Shown piece by piece: positions 59,534 through 64,000 of a DNA stretch of 64,000 nt (position 1 is the first letter of the stretch; each line of letters opens with the position of its first letter). Source of the DNA: a virus; the IMG/VR virus record IMGVR_UViG_3300020045_002314, positions 26,193 through 90,192 of that record; one strand, given 5' to 3'. A model generated the notes under the pieces. That model made no database searches and was not told where the DNA came from. It worked only from the letters and a program-made list of their open reading frames with translations. The position numbers and the translations under genes are program-made.

Positions 59534-60490
59534 ATGAAAAATATAGAACGTAGTGTAAGATTAATGATTGTACCTAAGACATCTACTTTTTTAAAACAGA
59601 ATTCAGCTGTTTTAGGTATAATCAGTAATTATTTAGGTTCATCAGAAAGAGCCTATAAAATATTGAATAGTAGAAATGATTTAATGGAAGCTTTGTTACC
59701 TGACATTATAGGTGTTGGAAAAACAGATGTTGTATTTAAATCATTAAGTTCTAAATATCTACATGAAGTAGGAGTAAATACATTAATTGATTTAAATGGT
59801 AAGAAACTAGATATTTCAATAGAAGTAGATATACATGACCATAGAACTAAAGCAAACATTGAAGCGTTAAAACTTAAAGAAGTAACTGATGAAACAGTTA
59901 GTGAATATATTTTAAAATCTATTGCAGAAATTGATATATTTAAATATGCAAGTCCTGTAAATAAAGAAGATTATATTTTATATTTATTTGCTTTAAATCA
60001 TTCTCGTGTAGCACCAACTCCTGATAAAGCACACAGTAGTGATAAAATAGATTACTATTTATTAAGAGATTCTGATATTGCAGATACTAAACGTAAATCA
60101 TTAAATACAGCTAAATCATTAAGACAAGCATTGAATAAGATAGATGATGATAAAGATTTATTTAAGAACTTATGTTTATATTTTAATATTAATGGTAGTA
60201 TGTTAGATAAAACTTTAGAATTAGAAACTAAAGCAACAACAACTCCTGAATTATTCTTAGAAGCATATAATGATACAAATTTATTATTCAAAGTTGAAAT
60301 AAAAAGAATGATAAATGCAAACATTCTTAAACGAATGCCAAATACAGAAATGCACGTAGACGTAGATGACCCTTCAATTGTTTTAGGGTTATCTGAAAAT
60401 GAAGTAGTATCTTATTTAAGTTCAGCAAATAATGCTGCTTATTTAAATTCATTACGTGCTAAATTACAAATGCAAGAAAAACGTAAATAA
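59534..60490 (+). CDS. Conserved post-capsid virion-module protein
   Basis: 318 aa; gene order. Confidence 0.55.
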   Translation: MKNIERSVRLMIVPKTSTFLKQNSAVLGIISNYLGSSERAYKILNSRNDLMEALLPDIIGVGKTDVVFKSLSSKYLHEVGVNTLIDLNGKKLDISIEVDIHDHRTKANIEALKLKEVTDETVSEYILKSIAEIDIFKYASPVNKEDYILYLFALNHSRVAPTPDKAHSSDKIDYYLLRDSDIADTKRKSLNTAKSLRQALNKIDDDKDLFKNLCLYFNINGSMLDKTLELETKATTTPELFLEAYNDTNLLFKVEIKRMINANILKRMPNTEMHVDVDDPSIVLGLSENEVVSYLSSANNAAYLNSLRAKLQMQEKRK

Positions 60491-61521
60491 TGTATAATAC
60501 TGTAACAGAAATACATACCGCTATAATATTAGGGCTACAACAAGTAAATAATAATCGTTTACGTAATCTTGAAAGTCCTCAATTAGATTTAATCTTTAAT
60601 AGAGTTATGTATAAATACATTGATTCTAGAATTAAAGAAGATGGACAAGCTGTTACAAAATATAAAGATTTACAAGAATTATATGTAGATTACTCTACTA
60701 GATTAATAAAACTATCTAGTAGAGAATCTTATATAAATCTTCCTTATACTTATAAAGATTTTATAAAAGGTAGTTTGGATTTATATCATAATTGTAATAA
60801 AGTTGTTACTGGTGAAGAAGAAACAAGTATTACAAGATATTTTCAATTTAAATTAATAGATACTAGTGGTTTAAATGGTGTATATTTTAAAGACTTTAAA
60901 ATTACAGCTATTACCAATACTAATACATCTATCACATTATTTGATATAGCACAATATACTAAATTAGAAAGTTTTCAAAGTGATGATGCTAAGTTTATGT
61001 TATTACATATTTTAGAACAAGCTTTTTTAAATTCTGATTTTGAATATAAATATGAAATATTTGATGGATATATTCAGGAGAATATAATTTTGATTGATAA
61101 ATATAAAAAATATAAATCAATTACTGTATCATTTAAAAATGTATTTACTACATATTTATATACTGATAAGATATTAACACATAATAAAGTTACAACTAAT
61201 CTTACAAAACCTTTAGATTTATCTTTAGATAATGATACAATAGATTATAGTAATAACTATTATTATAATAAAAATAGACATGAAAATCCTATAGGTGTTA
61301 TTAAGAATAATAATCTTAATATTTACAATACAGATACATTTATTCCTGCAACTTGTAAAATAACATATTTAAGTAAACCTAGATTAATGAATAGTTTTAC
61401 AAATACTATGCCTTCTTTAATTAGTAAACTTGAAGATTTAGTAGATTTAACTATACAAGAATGTATGATTTATTTAAGTAATAATTTAGAAGCAACTCTA
61501 TTAAATAATAAAAATATTTAA
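60490..61521 (+). CDS. Putative head-tail ring/connector protein
   Basis: N-terminal ...EIH......LQ...S.....D...N and C-terminal Y..KP motifs; gene order. Confidence 0.5.
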   Translation: MYNTVTEIHTAIILGLQQVNNNRLRNLESPQLDLIFNRVMYKYIDSRIKEDGQAVTKYKDLQELYVDYSTRLIKLSSRESYINLPYTYKDFIKGSLDLYHNCNKVVTGEEETSITRYFQFKLIDTSGLNGVYFKDFKITAITNTNTSITLFDIAQYTKLESFQSDDAKFMLLHILEQAFLNSDFEYKYEIFDGYIQENIILIDKYKKYKSITVSFKNVFTTYLYTDKILTHNKVTTNLTKPLDLSLDNDTIDYSNNYYYNKNRHENPIGVIKNNNLNIYNTDTFIPATCKITYLSKPRLMNSFTNTMPSLISKLEDLVDLTIQECMIYLSNNLEATLLNNKNI

Positions 61522-61523
61522 CT

Positions 61524-61565
61524 ATGGGAAAATGTGGTGGTAAAAAAAGAGGTACTAAGAAGTAA
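61524..61565 (+). CDS. Tiny basic peptide MGKCGGKKRGTKK
   Basis: ATG 2 nt after the upstream stop; GC-richer than the flanking intergenic DNA. Confidence 0.45.
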   Translation: MGKCGGKKRGTKK

Positions 61566-61606
61566 CTCTAATTAAATTAATTATTTATTCATTAAATTAA
61601 AAAACA

Positions 61607-62584
61607 ATGAAACAAGTATTTTTCGTATCGTCTGATACATATGCAGCAAATGGTGGAACAGCTGCATCAACTATTGATAAAATTAATAACTTATCAACAG
61701 GTGTAATTGCATTATATGGAGGTAGTTCAGGTGGAACTGGTTCATCTACTTCTTTAGAAGCATTAATTCCATCTGATGCTACAGCTATTTTAGGAAGTTC
61801 TATACGTTTTGTAAGTGCTACAGCATCTATGAAACATATTTCTCCTGATATAGATAGAGCAAGTTTTTCATATATTAAACAAGCTTATACAGCTCCTGTA
61901 AAGAAAATTATGTATGTAAGTGGTGATGGTAATACAGCATCTAGTGCATCTACTCTTCCGACAGCTTATGCTTATTATGCTCAAGTTAATATTGTAAATA
62001 AACAAAAAAGTAGAACTAGTAAAAATGTTGTATCTTATTCTGTACCTACAACTACAGCAAGTACAGCTACAACTATTATAGATGCATTAGTTGCTAAAAT
62101 TAATGCAGATAGTACACGTATTGTAAATGCTGCTAAAGTAGGTTCAACTACAACTTTAGGTATGTCGTTAACAGCTGTTAATTTTGAAGAAGATTTTGAA
62201 GTATCAGTAGAAGGACTTATTGCAGATTTTGCAGTACGTCAATATGGTTTTGTATCTAAAGTTCCAACATCAGGTTATACTTATGCAACTGCTTATAAAA
62301 AAGGTACAGGTACAGTAAAACAAGCTTTAGAAGCTGAAAGAGAATTTCATGCAGAACTTGGTAATGCAAATTATCAAAATATGAATAACAATGAAATCTT
62401 TACTTTGCCATCAGCCGTAGTTGCAGGTAAAACATATACTATTTATACTATTAGTTATAAAACTATAGATAATAAAAAATTACAACATGGTGGAGAACCT
62501 TATATTAAAACTATAGAAATATATGTTGAAAGTGGATTATCTACTGTAATGGGTGTACTTGATACTTTGCTTGCTCTAGTATAA
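61607..62584 (+). CDS. Putative auxiliary capsid/structural protein
   Basis: 325 aa, Ala/Thr/Ser-rich, followed by a terminator; gene order. Confidence 0.55.
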   Translation: MKQVFFVSSDTYAANGGTAASTIDKINNLSTGVIALYGGSSGGTGSSTSLEALIPSDATAILGSSIRFVSATASMKHISPDIDRASFSYIKQAYTAPVKKIMYVSGDGNTASSASTLPTAYAYYAQVNIVNKQKSRTSKNVVSYSVPTTTASTATTIIDALVAKINADSTRIVNAAKVGSTTTLGMSLTAVNFEEDFEVSVEGLIADFAVRQYGFVSKVPTSGYTYATAYKKGTGTVKQALEAEREFHAELGNANYQNMNNNEIFTLPSAVVAGKTYTIYTISYKTIDNKKLQHGGEPYIKTIEIYVESGLSTVMGVLDTLLALV

Positions 62585-62606
62585 ATTTTAATTGTAATTG
62601 TAAATG

Positions 62607-62636
62607 AGTAGAGGTGTAACAACCTCTACTTATTTT
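62607..62636 (+). terminator. Intrinsic terminator
   Basis: AGTAGAGGT-gtaaca-ACCTCTACT followed by TATTTT. Confidence 0.75.
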
Positions 62637-62649
62637 AATAAAATAATAT

Positions 62650-63030
62650 ATGGAAAATTTTAAAGATAGAAATTATTATCCTGTAGCATGGAATAAAATG
62701 TGTGTAACTAGTACTAGTACTAGTGGAGCAATTATTATAGATGGTACTAATACATTAAATAATAAATATGCAATTTTATATAAAAGTGATGATGGTGATG
62801 ATATTGGAAGTGTAGGAAGTATATATATTGGAACAGGTGTAACATTCGCAGCAGGTACAACACCTACACAAATTATAGATGTTACAACAGGAGTTGGATT
62901 AGAACAAAGTTTCTATAACAATTCAGAATTAGTATTTAAATGGGTATCTGTTTATAATACAGATGGTCAACTAATTAATTTTAAAATAGTAAACGCAGCA
63001 GGTATAGAATTTAATGCTGTAGAAATTTAA
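62650..63030 (+). CDS. Hypothetical structural protein
   Basis: 126 aa, beta-rich. Confidence 0.6.
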   Translation: MENFKDRNYYPVAWNKMCVTSTSTSGAIIIDGTNTLNNKYAILYKSDDGDDIGSVGSIYIGTGVTFAAGTTPTQIIDVTTGVGLEQSFYNNSELVFKWVSVYNTDGQLINFKIVNAAGIEFNAVEI

Positions 63031-63032
63031 TT

Positions 63033-63242
63033 ATGACATTAATAAGAGATTCATATGGTAATGGTAGATTAAATCCATTTGGGTTTAGTAAATCTATTAA
63101 TCCTATGGAAGGAGGTGGTAGTACACCAATTCCTTCAATAACACTTGTTTATTATGATATAACAAAAGTAAATATGATTTTATCTAAATCATCTTTTACA
63201 CAATTACAAGTAAACAGTTTATCTAAAATAATAAAATTATAA
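63033..63242 (+). CDS. Hypothetical protein
   Basis: 69-aa ORF tightly packed between neighbours. Confidence 0.5.
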   Translation: MTLIRDSYGNGRLNPFGFSKSINPMEGGGSTPIPSITLVYYDITKVNMILSKSSFTQLQVNSLSKIIKL

Positions 63243-63246
63243 TAAT

Positions 63247-64000
63247 ATGGTACAACATAATAGTACAACAACTTTAGAAACTTCGTTATATACTGTTACA
63301 TTAAATACAATAACTTTAAATTTTGTTTTACCACAAAATCTATTATCGTATGTAATGAATATAACTCAAAATAAAATATTATATGCTCCTGTAAAAGATA
63401 TGGTTGGTGCTATTAGTAGCTATACTGTAGGAGCATCAACAACAACAATTGTATTTTCAGCAGGGTATGTAGCACTAAATGATGTTGTACATATTCAAAT
63501 GTTTGAAAAAGATAATCCTGTTAATTTCCATATGATTACTCATTGGAGCCCTAATGATGGTACTGTAGTTTATGCTTCTAGTTCAACATTAACTGCATCT
63601 GCATTTCCATTTACAGTTGATGATTCTAGTTGTTTTATAGCTTCTATTACAATTCAAAATGCTGCTAATGTAATTACTAAGTATGAGAATGGTAGAAATG
63701 GTATTTCAATTTATTCTACAAATGATGTAATTACTATTATAGGAGCAACTCCATTTTTAGCAACTGATTTAAAATATAGAGTAGCAATTTCAGCTAATCA
63801 ACAGACAATAGATAAATCACTTGATAGTGAGAAAGTATTAATTCAAAATCCTGATAAAAATAATTATCTTTTACAATCATTAGAAGATACTACAAATGTT
63901 GCTGCTGCAACTAATTATTATCCTTCAGCTTTAGGTATGCCTATAGATACAGCAAAAGCAAGTCTAGGAGTATCATTTAAAATGATTGATGCAGATGGAA
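63247..64000 (+). CDS. 3'-truncated beta-rich virion protein (fibre/spike-like), not in ORF track
   Basis: ATG at 63247 (MVQHNSTTTLETS...), open to the window end, Thr/Ser-rich. Confidence 0.6.
   Translation, partial: MVQHNSTTTLETSLYTVTLNTITLNFVLPQNLLSYVMNITQNKILYAPVKDMVGAISSYTVGASTTTIVFSAGYVALNDVVHIQMFEKDNPVNFHMITHWSPNDGTVVYASSSTLTASAFPFTVDDSSCFIASITIQNAANVITKYENGRNGISIYSTNDVITIIGATPFLATDLKYRVAISANQQTIDKSLDSEKVLIQNPDKNNYLLQSLEDTTNVAAATNYYPSALGMPIDTAKASLGVSFKMIDADG

Noticed and set aside
19828-60324. Short opposite-strand ORFs (19828, 23686, 29703, 30274, 32442, 35052, 45847, 54371, 59653, 60055)
   Set aside because: Antisense to well-supported genes and without motifs.
1-64000. Stop-codon reassignment as seen in some crAss-like phages
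   Set aside because: Long genes are intact in code 11, TAG and TGA serve as plausible stops, and no suppressor tRNA was found.

Overview
A 64-kb segment of a very AT-rich crAss-like (Crassvirales-type) phage, read in the standard genetic code. The host is probably a Bacteroidota member, judged from TTTG-N20/21-TAnnTTTG promoters and lipoprotein signal peptides. Layout: (i) 1-14128 (+): a giant virion RNA polymerase polyprotein (5'-truncated) and a second large zincin-bearing virion/ejection protein. (ii) 14.2-48.3 kb (-): replication and nucleotide-metabolism genes (dUTPase, DEDDh exonuclease, radical SAM, ligase, primase, SSB/recombinase-like proteins, SF2 and SF1 helicases, PolB, UDG, ThyX, dNMP kinase), then many small early ORFs. 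(iii) 49.1-64 kb (+): packaging and structural module (HU/IHF-like, PD-(D/E)xK nuclease, terminase, portal, major capsid protein and downstream virion genes). The most unusual content is a minus-strand non-coding RNA cluster at 39.3-43.9 kb that the ORF track does not explain. It holds a circularly permuted, apparently pseudoknot-less two-piece tmRNA (tag GNSNQFMFAPVKAAA), an anticodon-less tRNA-like element abutting it, a ~950-nt densely base-paired RNA candidate and a ~150-nt multi-hairpin element. Protein calls are by motif recognition and gene order only; no database searches were run.
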